In this document: in pieces, positions 28,901 to 37,021 of the stretch | How the letters are laid out: each line of letters starts with the position of its first letter | Numbering within the stretch: the stretch's first letter is position 1 | Origin: a bacterium | Lineage (GTDB): Bacteria; Electryoneota; JAOADG01 | Direction of reading: 5' to 3' | Assembly: GCA_026417415.1 (NCBI GenBank) | Contig: JAOADG010000008.1 | Span: 449,349-513,348, forward strand | Length of the DNA stretch: 64,000 nt | Position numbers and translations under genes: made by a program | Notes under the pieces: model-generated | Database searches by the model: none | Told to the model about the DNA's origin: nothing | The model's input: the letters and a program-made list of their open reading frames with translations, nothing else

Positions 28901-30984
28901 CTCAAGATTGCTTCAATATTAACTTTAAGAACACCATTCATTTGTTGTGAACGAAGCGCAAGAAGTTGTTCCAGTTGAGGAGTAGCAAGTAAATCGGTAG
29001 TTCCAATGACAAGGTATTCGGCACCACCATTGGGAGGGGACAAAATGGTATCTGGTGGTATTAACGCCATTTGGTCAGATAAAAAACTCTTCTTGCGACT
29101 ACTTGTAACTGCATAATATTCAGTAGGTTGAGATGGGTTATCTTGAAAATGAATTTTATATCGGATTTGGTTATCGCGCGATAGATAACGTTCGACCGTA
29201 CCATTGATTACTTTTGCTGAACCCCATCGGTAAACATGGATATCAGGAGATGTAAAATTTTCTAAAACAAAATCAAAATACCGATGAATGATGTTTTGAG
29301 TTAAGGGAGTCCCGATTCGTATTTCATCATTATCGGCAATAGGGAAGCGAAGATATTCAATTTGAAACCAATTCAGTGCGATACGATTGGTTGGTGTAGC
29401 ACCTGGCGCATCTCCAGGGCAAAAAACAGACAGTACATTGATACCATGATGAAAATTTCGGTTAAACATTTGTGAGGATGCAGTGGATTCTCCAATTCGT
29501 GCGGTTTGTCCAATCCAATCAAATGCTCCTTGTGGGGTGCGACCAATGTCAAGTGAATAATCTGTTGCATTGTTTAAAATGACAAAGGCATGATGTCGTG
29601 TAAGACCGCCAGTTAGTCCATGTAATGCTACTTTCACTCTAACTGGGGTAAACGATGAAGTATCGGGATAAGGTAAATAAAAATTATAGTCGCGTATTTC
29701 AAAATTATAAATACCAGCATCCCAAAAATAACGATCGGCAATGGGTCTCTCAACTTCTGCTAAACCACCAAAAAAAGGACTTTGTTCATAATGAATTCTC
29801 AAAGGACCAGAAGACACAATCACTAAATTTGTATCCAAAGGATTAGTAATCCGTATTTCACCACTTACCTGAGGAATACGTTGACCATTTCGAGTATTCC
29901 ATGTTAACAAATATGCCTTTTCTATTGTATAACTATTTCCGGATAAATCCGGTGCTTGGATTGTATCTTCTGGTAGTGGCGGTCTTCCAAAGAATTCAAA
30001 TGCATCCCAAGGATCGAAACGTCCATCTTCATCACCTTCAAAAAGAATGGGAATATATTCACCTTCTGAACGTAAAATTAGAGTTGAAGGTTGTATGTTT
30101 GAAATGGGAACACCTAAATTGATCAAATCTTGACCAGTAACACGGTAAACACCAAATTCTTTTACATCGAAACGAACCGCGTAGCCATTATCATCAATGG
30201 TGTGAATTGCAGGGGTTGAAGATAATCCCGTGACAAGATGATGGGGAATCGTAGCGGACAAGGGGCCTACCAGTTGTTCCAACTCGATTCGTTCGGATGG
30301 AGATGCCATTCGACCACTGAGTGCGACGGATTGTGATTTACTATAAATTTCTACTACGAGTTCTTTGATTTGCTGTATCTTGTTCTCTTGGACATTGTAC
30401 CGAATGGGGTGAACTACTATACTAGCAATGGGTATTCCTCGGTACTTTCCGATCAGATGGGTTTGAATAAATGGTGTAGGGATAAATCCAGTTGATGAAA
30501 TTGGATTCGTTTCAATAATACTATCACCAAAAACACTAGGGATATAAGTTAACCTTGGAACTTCAAGTTGTTCTGTTTCAATGGAAACTACGCGGTAATA
30601 AATATCATCGTGGTACCAAACAAACCTTTGGAGGTCAATCGGCAAAAGGTATCCTTCTTCAATTCGTTCATTTTCTAATCCATTTATTCGTAGAAACGGA
30701 GAACCAGAAAAAGTGTCAATTTGCACAGATGGATAATGAAATTGCAAACGTAGAGAACGTTCACTTTGCTGTAAAATACGAACATTTGCTTTTTCTGAAA
30801 TTGGTTTAGAAGTAGATGGTATTTGTGTAAGTTGTTGATTAACTGAAGAGGTTAAAATAATTTTTTGAGCAAAGTCAATTGTCTCAACCCTTTTGTTATT
30901 TGTGTTTGCAAGAGCAATAAGTCCTACAGAAATGGTGATGAAAACGAACCAAACAATTAAACCCTTCTTACGGGAAGAAAACAC
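25936..30984 (-). CDS. 1682-aa secreted peptidase-C25-family (gingipain/PorU-like) protein with a T9SS C-terminal sorting domain.
   Basis: N-terminal signal anchor. C25-like block 'YLVIGTTDLL...YILLLGDG...IVIYNGHGAGEIWSDGG...YPLICNFSCFIVAFNGD' carries both the His and the Cys. C-terminal 'FGNFPNPFQKTTTFFYSLT...NGVYFYRLTAKS'. Confidence 0.75.
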   Translation of the reverse strand: MFSSRKKGLIVWFVFITISVGLIALANTNNKRVETIDFAQKIILTSSVNQQLTQIPSTSKPISEKANVRILQQSERSLRLQFHYPSVQIDTFSGSPFLRINGLENERIEEGYLLPIDLQRFVWYHDDIYYRVVSIETEQLEVPRLTYIPSVFGDSIIETNPISSTGFIPTPFIQTHLIGKYRGIPIASIVVHPIRYNVQENKIQQIKELVVEIYSKSQSVALSGRMASPSERIELEQLVGPLSATIPHHLVTGLSSTPAIHTIDDNGYAVRFDVKEFGVYRVTGQDLINLGVPISNIQPSTLILRSEGEYIPILFEGDEDGRFDPWDAFEFFGRPPLPEDTIQAPDLSGNSYTIEKAYLLTWNTRNGQRIPQVSGEIRITNPLDTNLVIVSSGPLRIHYEQSPFFGGLAEVERPIADRYFWDAGIYNFEIRDYNFYLPYPDTSSFTPVRVKVALHGLTGGLTRHHAFVILNNATDYSLDIGRTPQGAFDWIGQTARIGESTASSQMFNRNFHHGINVLSVFCPGDAPGATPTNRIALNWFQIEYLRFPIADNDEIRIGTPLTQNIIHRYFDFVLENFTSPDIHVYRWGSAKVINGTVERYLSRDNQIRYKIHFQDNPSQPTEYYAVTSSRKKSFLSDQMALIPPDTILSPPNGGAEYLVIGTTDLLATPQLEQLLALRSQQMNGVLKVNIEAILRRFTQGMFHPKGVLEFLRYAVRNWQIPPRYILLLGDGLQRQHRSPRKNGALIPHPMVPVSQIGVVGSDTWYSILDDENDLPDIHISRVPARTQEEAGFYFNKVLELENNPTPDRWQNYITFVTGSGGQNLYTIYNRINRDRLSPYYDFWEMQVENPSLPYYGGTSLLQNLFEKGSALVIYNGHGAGEIWSDGGLFRTRDIANMRNAGKYPLICNFSCFIVAFNGDVQRSSMGEDFVLHPNKGAVGVFGTAGLGYREQMILFQQFMFEQIRRYPNISYGELMTLTKSIYLSRYGNRAMFGPVGNTFYATSLLGDPAFRFKAFENIQQNSSQLFVQVGDSIDIQASLPFNSGNVSFIWYNQNHFSIDNPVWEPIVSIRPIVSNSFSTRIRVPSGISTNGLTLRGFYQSNHQTAVRGATSFYIQSAASSGFIDSVTTDPNPLLSDTTFKFYVKLIDSDGIRTLQGIIRKFFLDDSILSIDTIQLSRSFIRGPFWYESSLQPALLPSMRLRTNWRWIDSLGNVRQPNQDYDFYAYPGRPNLVVPNQVHWRATDSLFVRFTVTNNSPLQVPPTLLRVAIIKQISDTITVEFLSVPSIPPYTAQSVYYPFQYPPGQYKFSYYADYENVVNEVSENDNYNLATSNNVYWWITATEGDRGFSYNPTSRVSVSIPPNSIQKPSTVLSVTYSDTLHSRLQTLNKFAIFGRNPSNVFNGGGIVFLQIDTTAYLNRVIIHMQADTILGNRTKIHSRHFTNLWKMLNSTVDNQGIHLYDGPPYQQFSLMDNQDRTAPKFDFTVEGQIFSDGGYIRSGARLSASVYDNGGLDLSQQGSVYVVVDGDTLPSNELLLPISNQVSQNSSIVVTKRFSTGRHWAKLIVTDLASNTATDSINFLVANQFRLEWFGNFPNPFQKTTTFFYSLTDQTTEPVEIKIYTVSGKKIRTLRETDPQVINYREITWDGRDENGEVVANGVYFYRLTAKSNNQVIEKKGKLAKLR

Positions 30985-31068
30985 GTACTGCCTCCCAAAC
31001 GTTATTTATAAAACACAATTCCCTTTGATAATGGAAATTGGAATAGAAAAAATTGATAAGTAAATTCC

Positions 31069-32127
31069 GTGCAAAATACTTGTAAGATTACAATTTGTCA
31101 AGTTAACAGAATTTCTTTGCTACTTCAACATTCTATTGTGATGGATAACACATTCTTTACTCTTAGAAAGTTTCTTTCTTTCGCTTTTGCAATTTTCGCA
31201 AGTATCCTTGCATTATGGCTAACATTCTATGGAGTAGATTGGAATGAGTTAATTTACAACATTGCGAAAATTCAGATTCCTACACTTATCTATCTCAGTT
31301 TACTGAATGGATTTTTTATAGTACTACGTGCTTTTCGATGGCAAATCCTTCTACGAAGGATTAAGAATATTCCACTCTTTACAGTTTTACAAATTTCACA
31401 AGTTGGTGCATTTCTAAATAATGTTTTACCTCTAAGAATAGGGGAAGTAATTCGTGCAATTGTGCTAAAAAAAAGGTATCAATTGTCCGGAGCTGAAGTA
31501 ATTGGAAACATCATCTTAGAAAGGATGCTTGATTTAATTGCCATCGTATTTTTAATCTACTTCGTTCTGATTACCAATACTATTCCGATTAAGTTCAATG
31601 CAACCATTCAGTATGCAATGAAAATTGTAGGATTCGGTATAGGCGGAATTTTAGTAATTGCGATGTTTATGAAAGTGAAATTGAAAAAAAATACAGAATT
31701 AGCCGTTGGTTGGAAAGGGCTTTTATTTAGGGTATCCAATGGTATTAATGGTTTGTATGATTGGAAAACTTCGTTACCTGCTTTTGGGTTTTCTTTAGCC
31801 ATGTGGATAACCAGTGCAACCACGATACTACTTTTTTCACCACTTAGTCACGGAAGTATTAATCTGTTAAATGCATTGGTTGTTACCATTTTAATCGCTA
31901 TAGGAGTTACTATACCTGCTGCTCCTGGTTTTGTAGGTACCTACCATTTGTTTTGCAAGATTGGATTGGTTGCATTCGGTGTAGATCCAGAATATGCTGT
32001 TGCAATTGCTGTAGTGACACATTTTATGAGTTTCTTTTGGAACAATGTGATTGGATTTATTTCAATGTTTTTATTAAAAATCAGTTGGCAGGATATCAAC
32101 ATTTTTCGAAAAGAGAGTGATCTATAA
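31069..32127 (+). CDS. UPF0104 / flippase-like (MprF-TM-like) integral membrane protein.
   Basis: Eight TM helices. 'LPLRIGEVIRAIVLKKRY' is the family motif. The likely start is ATG 31141 ('MDNTFF'). Confidence 0.55.
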   Translation: MQNTCKITICQVNRISLLLQHSIVMDNTFFTLRKFLSFAFAIFASILALWLTFYGVDWNELIYNIAKIQIPTLIYLSLLNGFFIVLRAFRWQILLRRIKNIPLFTVLQISQVGAFLNNVLPLRIGEVIRAIVLKKRYQLSGAEVIGNIILERMLDLIAIVFLIYFVLITNTIPIKFNATIQYAMKIVGFGIGGILVIAMFMKVKLKKNTELAVGWKGLLFRVSNGINGLYDWKTSLPAFGFSLAMWITSATTILLFSPLSHGSINLLNALVVTILIAIGVTIPAAPGFVGTYHLFCKIGLVAFGVDPEYAVAIAVVTHFMSFFWNNVIGFISMFLLKISWQDINIFRKESDL

Positions 32128-32139
32128 TCAAATTCCTGT

Positions 32140-33747
32140 TTAATTTTGTATTAAAGAATCTAATCGCATAATCACTGATCTGAGAATATGTCGTGTCCAA
32201 GTTGGGTTGTGTATTCCTAATGAGCCATCCTTGCTGAAAAACCAATACATCCATCTACCTTGTCTAAATTCAAAACTTAAAGTGTCCCCTTCATTTTTTA
32301 AGAATTCAAGTTGGTGATTTAGGATAGATAAAGAATCTTGAAACGGTTGTTGTCGCTCAACAATAAACTCTGTTGTGGCTTGTGGATGGCAAGATTTACA
32401 AGTTAGATAATTTGGTCGAAATTGGTGGTTGGTGAATGCTATAGATCCATAACTCCAAGGTGTTGAATATAAATGACAAACTGAACATTGATTAGACCAT
32501 TCAGAATGTTCGGTATTGCTGGGTAAATTGAAAAACTCATGACCAAAAATTGCTTGTATATTGTTGGATAAAAGATCATTTTGTGGATGATAGGGAATTT
32601 GATAAGCAGTGGGTGTTCCATCAATATTGGATTGATGACATTGATTACAAAGCACATCTGGAGAATGACGTAAATCTTTCCATTGGTGAAGAGAATGATT
32701 ATGAGGAGTATGACAAGTAGCACATCCTATACCATCAAAACGTGTGGAATCAGTTGGATACTCAAGATTCAAATTGTATTTAAGTTTTTTAATACTCTCC
32801 GTATAAATATGACATCCCACACATTGATTTCTTTCTACGATAGGTAATGTATGGAGAATGTGTGAAACCGAAGCAGAACGCGCGTGCCCACTTCCTAACC
32901 ATTCAGTATAAATTGATAAATGACTCTGTGAATGACAATTTCCACAAGATTGAATTGCTAATTTTGAATCAATAAAACCTTGATGAACTTGGTGGGTAAT
33001 AAAAGATACTCCATAAAATTCGGATGGTCCATGGCAACTTTCGCATTGAACATGGTCAAAACGTTCAATAGGTCGCTCATCATAACCACCATTTGAATAG
33101 TTTAATTCGTAACCTGTTGTATGACACGAATTGCAATGGGTCAGCCAATTCGAATTGAAAATTCGTCTATTCCCTGTAGTCGCATGTGCCGTTTGTTGCC
33201 ACGATTGTACAAATATACTATGACAACGATTGCAGGAAGCATCTGTACCTAAATAAGCGGGATGATGATCGATCGTGTATTGAGCAATTCGTACTATTTT
33301 TATTATGGAATCCGTTTGATTTCTGGTAGTAGCACGACAAACAATTTTCCAATAGGAATCTATACAATCAGGTACAATCGTTTGTATTGTGTCTATTGAA
33401 ATTTGTATTCGCCTATTCAGATTATAAAAAATGCTATCTGTAGGTCGTTTTATGAAAAATTCGTATTCATAATACACTGTATCGGATACAATTGATTGTA
33501 CGATTGTAGTAACGGTGATAGGTGTTCCTGCAGCAACTGTGGGTGAAGAAAACCGAATATCAATAAGTTTAAATGAATGTATCGTATTTTTATCATCATG
33601 ATTTATACAACCAATAAAATTGAGTAACATCAAGAATATGAACACAAAGAAAAATAAAAAACAAACAAAATGTATTATGAGGGAATTATGAAATCTGAAA
33701 CGACTTTGTTCCGATTGAACGATGAACTTCAAGTGATAACGCGCCAT
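32140..33747 (-). CDS. Nine-haem c-type cytochrome, probably a lipoprotein.
   Basis: Nine CxxCH motifs: CNRCH, CNSCH, CESCH, CGNCH, CVGCH, CATCH, CNQCH, CSVCH, CKSCH. N-terminal hydrophobic segment ending in '...LLNFIGC'. Confidence 0.8.
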   Translation of the reverse strand: MARYHLKFIVQSEQSRFRFHNSLIIHFVCFLFFFVFIFLMLLNFIGCINHDDKNTIHSFKLIDIRFSSPTVAAGTPITVTTIVQSIVSDTVYYEYEFFIKRPTDSIFYNLNRRIQISIDTIQTIVPDCIDSYWKIVCRATTRNQTDSIIKIVRIAQYTIDHHPAYLGTDASCNRCHSIFVQSWQQTAHATTGNRRIFNSNWLTHCNSCHTTGYELNYSNGGYDERPIERFDHVQCESCHGPSEFYGVSFITHQVHQGFIDSKLAIQSCGNCHSQSHLSIYTEWLGSGHARSASVSHILHTLPIVERNQCVGCHIYTESIKKLKYNLNLEYPTDSTRFDGIGCATCHTPHNHSLHQWKDLRHSPDVLCNQCHQSNIDGTPTAYQIPYHPQNDLLSNNIQAIFGHEFFNLPSNTEHSEWSNQCSVCHLYSTPWSYGSIAFTNHQFRPNYLTCKSCHPQATTEFIVERQQPFQDSLSILNHQLEFLKNEGDTLSFEFRQGRWMYWFFSKDGSLGIHNPTWTRHILRSVIMRLDSLIQN

Positions 33748-34101
33748 ATTTGCCTGACAAAAGATATTGGGGTGGATGATAATCTTTTTGGTGGTGTGAT
33801 GTTAAGTTGGATTGATGAAGCCGCTGTCATTTATGCGATGTTGGTTACAAAATCGAATCGTTTGGTTACTCGTGTATTCAACAATGCAGAGTTCCAACAA
33901 CCTGTAAAAGTTGGTGATGTGGTTGAGTTTTTAGCTAATGGATATAAAATCGGTAAAACTAGTATCACAGTTAGTTTGCGGGTGGTGATTTTGGATGTAC
34001 AAAGTGAACAAAGATATGAAGCACATTCCGTAGATGTGACTTTGGTTCAAATTGATCGAAATCGGAAACCATTAGAAATAAAAATTCATTCAAAACCATG
34101 A
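33688..34101 (+). CDS. Acyl-CoA thioesterase (hotdog fold, YciA-like).
   Basis: 'DNLFGGVMLSWIDEAAVIYAM' is the YciA/hotdog signature. The track ORF starts at 33670; the first Met giving a standard N-terminus is at 33688. Confidence 0.7.
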   Translation: MKSETTLFRLNDELQVITRHICLTKDIGVDDNLFGGVMLSWIDEAAVIYAMLVTKSNRLVTRVFNNAEFQQPVKVGDVVEFLANGYKIGKTSITVSLRVVILDVQSEQRYEAHSVDVTLVQIDRNRKPLEIKIHSKP

Positions 34102-34102
34102 C

Positions 34103-35323
34103 TTACAATGGATAAGTATGATTATTGGTGACAACCACAATGCCATTGTGGGAAACGAAATACTTTTTTCTATCTTCCTCTTCGTTATATCCAATTTCGG
34201 TATTTGGTGGGATTTCTACACCTTCTTCAATGATGGTTCTTCTAATGCGAGAATATCTTCCCACATCAACCCCCTTTAGTAAAATAGAATTCGTCACTTC
34301 AGACCAGGAATGAATAAAACAATTGGGGGATAAAATACTTTTTTTAACACTACCACCACTAATGATACAACCTGGTGAAATTAAAGAATCAACTGCACTT
34401 CCTCTTCTATCATCATCATCAAACACTGTCTTTGCTGGTGGTAACGAGCTGATCGGTTCTGTGTAAATTGGCCAGCTTGTATCATAAAGGTTAAACAAGG
34501 GATCGACATCCACCAAATCCATATTTGCTGAAAAATACTGATCAATTGAACTTATATCACGCCAATACAGTATCTCTTTTTTATTCTCATCTTGAAATGG
34601 ATAAGCAAATACTCGTAGCCCTTTTGAAAGCATTTGTGGAATGATATCACGACAAAAATCATGGGTTGAAGATGAATCTTGATGATCTTCGTTGACTAAA
34701 TTGATCAATTCATTGGTACGAAAGCAATAGATTTCTGTTGAAATCATGGTTTGTTTAGAATAGTCAATTGGAAAAAGATCATATGAAGTTTTATCGCATA
34801 CACCAACTACACGAAGATTGTGATCAACTGTTAAATAGTGATATTCACCTTCAACGGAAAAAGGTAATGGGATGACCGTAACAGTTAGATCAGCACCATT
34901 TTGTTCATGGTAATCAATTAATTTCCGATAATCCATTTTGTAAATATGATCACCTGAAAGAATTAAAACACGCTCAGGATTCTCTTGTTCAATTAAAAAT
35001 AAATTTTGATAGATAGCATCTGCTGTACCAACGTACCAATGATCATCAAGCAAACCTTGTGGCGGAACCAATTCAACAAATAAACCACTGTTCATTAAAG
35101 TTGTTGGCCAAATTTTCCGAATATGTCGTTCTAATGGCAAAGAAGCATATTGGGTTAAAACATGTACATTTTGTAATCCACTATGAAGGCAATTAGAGAT
35201 AGTAAAATCAATTATTGAATAAATTCCACCAAAAGGTACAGAAGGTTTTGCACGGTTTCTTGTCAGAGGGAAAAGCCGTTCTCCTCTGCCACCTGCTAAT
35301 AATAATGTACAAGTATCGATCAT
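34103..35323 (-). CDS. glgC: Glucose-1-phosphate adenylyltransferase.
   Basis: 'LLAGGRGERLFPLTRNRAKPSVPFGGIYSIIDFTISNCLHSG' is the GlgC signature. C-terminal left-handed beta-helix. Confidence 0.9.
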   Translation of the reverse strand: MIDTCTLLLAGGRGERLFPLTRNRAKPSVPFGGIYSIIDFTISNCLHSGLQNVHVLTQYASLPLERHIRKIWPTTLMNSGLFVELVPPQGLLDDHWYVGTADAIYQNLFLIEQENPERVLILSGDHIYKMDYRKLIDYHEQNGADLTVTVIPLPFSVEGEYHYLTVDHNLRVVGVCDKTSYDLFPIDYSKQTMISTEIYCFRTNELINLVNEDHQDSSSTHDFCRDIIPQMLSKGLRVFAYPFQDENKKEILYWRDISSIDQYFSANMDLVDVDPLFNLYDTSWPIYTEPISSLPPAKTVFDDDDRRGSAVDSLISPGCIISGGSVKKSILSPNCFIHSWSEVTNSILLKGVDVGRYSRIRRTIIEEGVEIPPNTEIGYNEEEDRKKYFVSHNGIVVVTNNHTYPL

Positions 35324-35446
35324 AATGATGAGATGAATAGAGACAACAGTGGACTATTTCATAATAAAGAAAATTTTATTTTTTTACAATCGTTTTACTG
35401 TTCCTTTATGCTTTTGTATTTTACTTCATCCATTAATGGAGGAAAA

Positions 35447-36943
35447 ATGAAAAAGGTTTTCATTGTTTTAGTTCTTAATGTTTTCACAGCGTCAGCTGTT
35501 TTCGCTTTAGTGGTTCAAAGTACTATTCCACAAAATGGTACTGCTAATGTTCCGTTGACCACTGTACTTTCAGCAACTTTTTCTACTCCAATTGACCCAA
35601 ATGCGATGTTTCCAAATGGGTACCCTATAAATATAGAGATATTTCATCCAGATTCGATCACGATAATATCCTCTTCGCTGTCTTCAAACAATCAATCAGC
35701 CTACATGAATGTACAACTTAGACCGAACAATGATTATGTCGCTATCATTTTAGGTGCAGTTACTCCGACTGGTGATTCATTGGATATTCCGTATGTATTG
35801 AATTTTTCTACTGCTCCTTCCATGGGGAATCTTCAAGTTTCAGGTACGGTTACAATCAATAATTCTGGTGCATACCGTGCAATTGTGGGTTTATCAAGAA
35901 ATCGTCCTTTTACAGAAGAAGACATGTACATTGCACAAGCTACAGTGGTTCAAAATCAACAAGGGAATTATTCCTTGCCTTATACTAGGCCTGGGATTTA
36001 CTTTCCAGTCGCTGTCATTGATTTAGATGGTGATGGAGTCATCGATCTTGAATCAGGAAATGATTACTTTGGGTTTTATGATAGCAACAATGATGAGATT
36101 CCTGATAGCATTCAAGTGTCTAATACCAATATATCCAATATCAACTTTACTCTTCGTTCAATTTACATGCCGATAACCGCAAGACAAAGATTACAGGTTG
36201 CGAATGCTATAGCACAAACAATGATGCCCAATCCTCAATTGTATTTCTTATATGGATTTGAGGTAGATTCGATAGGTAGAGCAGATGCTTGGGCTTATTA
36301 TTATCAATCTAATTCGGTTAATTACATCGCTGGAGTGTATGTAGCTTATCTCTTTACCAGTGCAGATACCACCTCCGAAAATCCTTTACCGCCGAATATG
36401 TTATCATTACCACAAAATTGGATTGATAGTGACCAAGCCATGTTGATAGCTGAACAGAATGGAGGTGCTTCCTATCGCGTTCAGTATCCAAATACGGAAA
36501 TGTACATGTATGGTGGAAACTTTTATTGGTTGGATTCTGCTTGGCAAAACCGTTTCATTTGGTTAGTTGAATATTATGTACCCGAGATTGATTTATCACT
36601 TGAGATTTACATTGATATGCTAAACGGGCAATTGTTAAGAGTCACAAATACCAATGAGCCACTTCGTACCTCTTTACCCCAAAGCATTGAATTGTCACAA
36701 AATTATCCCAATCCATTCAATCCAGAAACAAACATTTCCTTTACATTACCGAAAGATCATTTCGTAACTTTACAAGTGTACAACATTCAAGGAGAATTGG
36801 TTACAACATTATTGAACCGTAGATTGAATGTAGGAACCCACACAGTCAAATGGAACGCAAGTGGATATCCAAGTGGTACTTATTTCTATCGTTTACAGGT
36901 GGGTAAGCAAGTGATGATGAGAAAAATGACTCTAATGAAATAA
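35447..36943 (+). CDS. Secreted protein (Ig-like and CarbPepD_reg-like domains plus a Ca-binding-like 'DLDGDGVID' motif) with a T9SS C-terminal sorting domain.
   Basis: Start ATG 35447 with RBS GGAGGAAAAATG and signal peptide 'MKKVFIVLVLNVFTASAVFA'. C-terminal 'LSQNYPNPFNPETNISFTL...SGTYFYRLQVG'. Confidence 0.7.
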   Translation: MKKVFIVLVLNVFTASAVFALVVQSTIPQNGTANVPLTTVLSATFSTPIDPNAMFPNGYPINIEIFHPDSITIISSSLSSNNQSAYMNVQLRPNNDYVAIILGAVTPTGDSLDIPYVLNFSTAPSMGNLQVSGTVTINNSGAYRAIVGLSRNRPFTEEDMYIAQATVVQNQQGNYSLPYTRPGIYFPVAVIDLDGDGVIDLESGNDYFGFYDSNNDEIPDSIQVSNTNISNINFTLRSIYMPITARQRLQVANAIAQTMMPNPQLYFLYGFEVDSIGRADAWAYYYQSNSVNYIAGVYVAYLFTSADTTSENPLPPNMLSLPQNWIDSDQAMLIAEQNGGASYRVQYPNTEMYMYGGNFYWLDSAWQNRFIWLVEYYVPEIDLSLEIYIDMLNGQLLRVTNTNEPLRTSLPQSIELSQNYPNPFNPETNISFTLPKDHFVTLQVYNIQGELVTTLLNRRLNVGTHTVKWNASGYPSGTYFYRLQVGKQVMMRKMTLMK

Positions 36944-36954
36944 ACACGCAAACG

Positions 36955-36985
36955 ACACGGGGTAATGAATACCCCGTGTTACCTT
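36955..36985 (+). terminator. Candidate terminator hairpin.
   Basis: ACACGGGGTA-ATGAA-TACCCCGTGT. The U-tract is weak. Confidence 0.45.
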
Positions 36986-37021
36986 AAAGAATATTTGGTT
37001 GAGTTCTAACTTCTTAATCCT

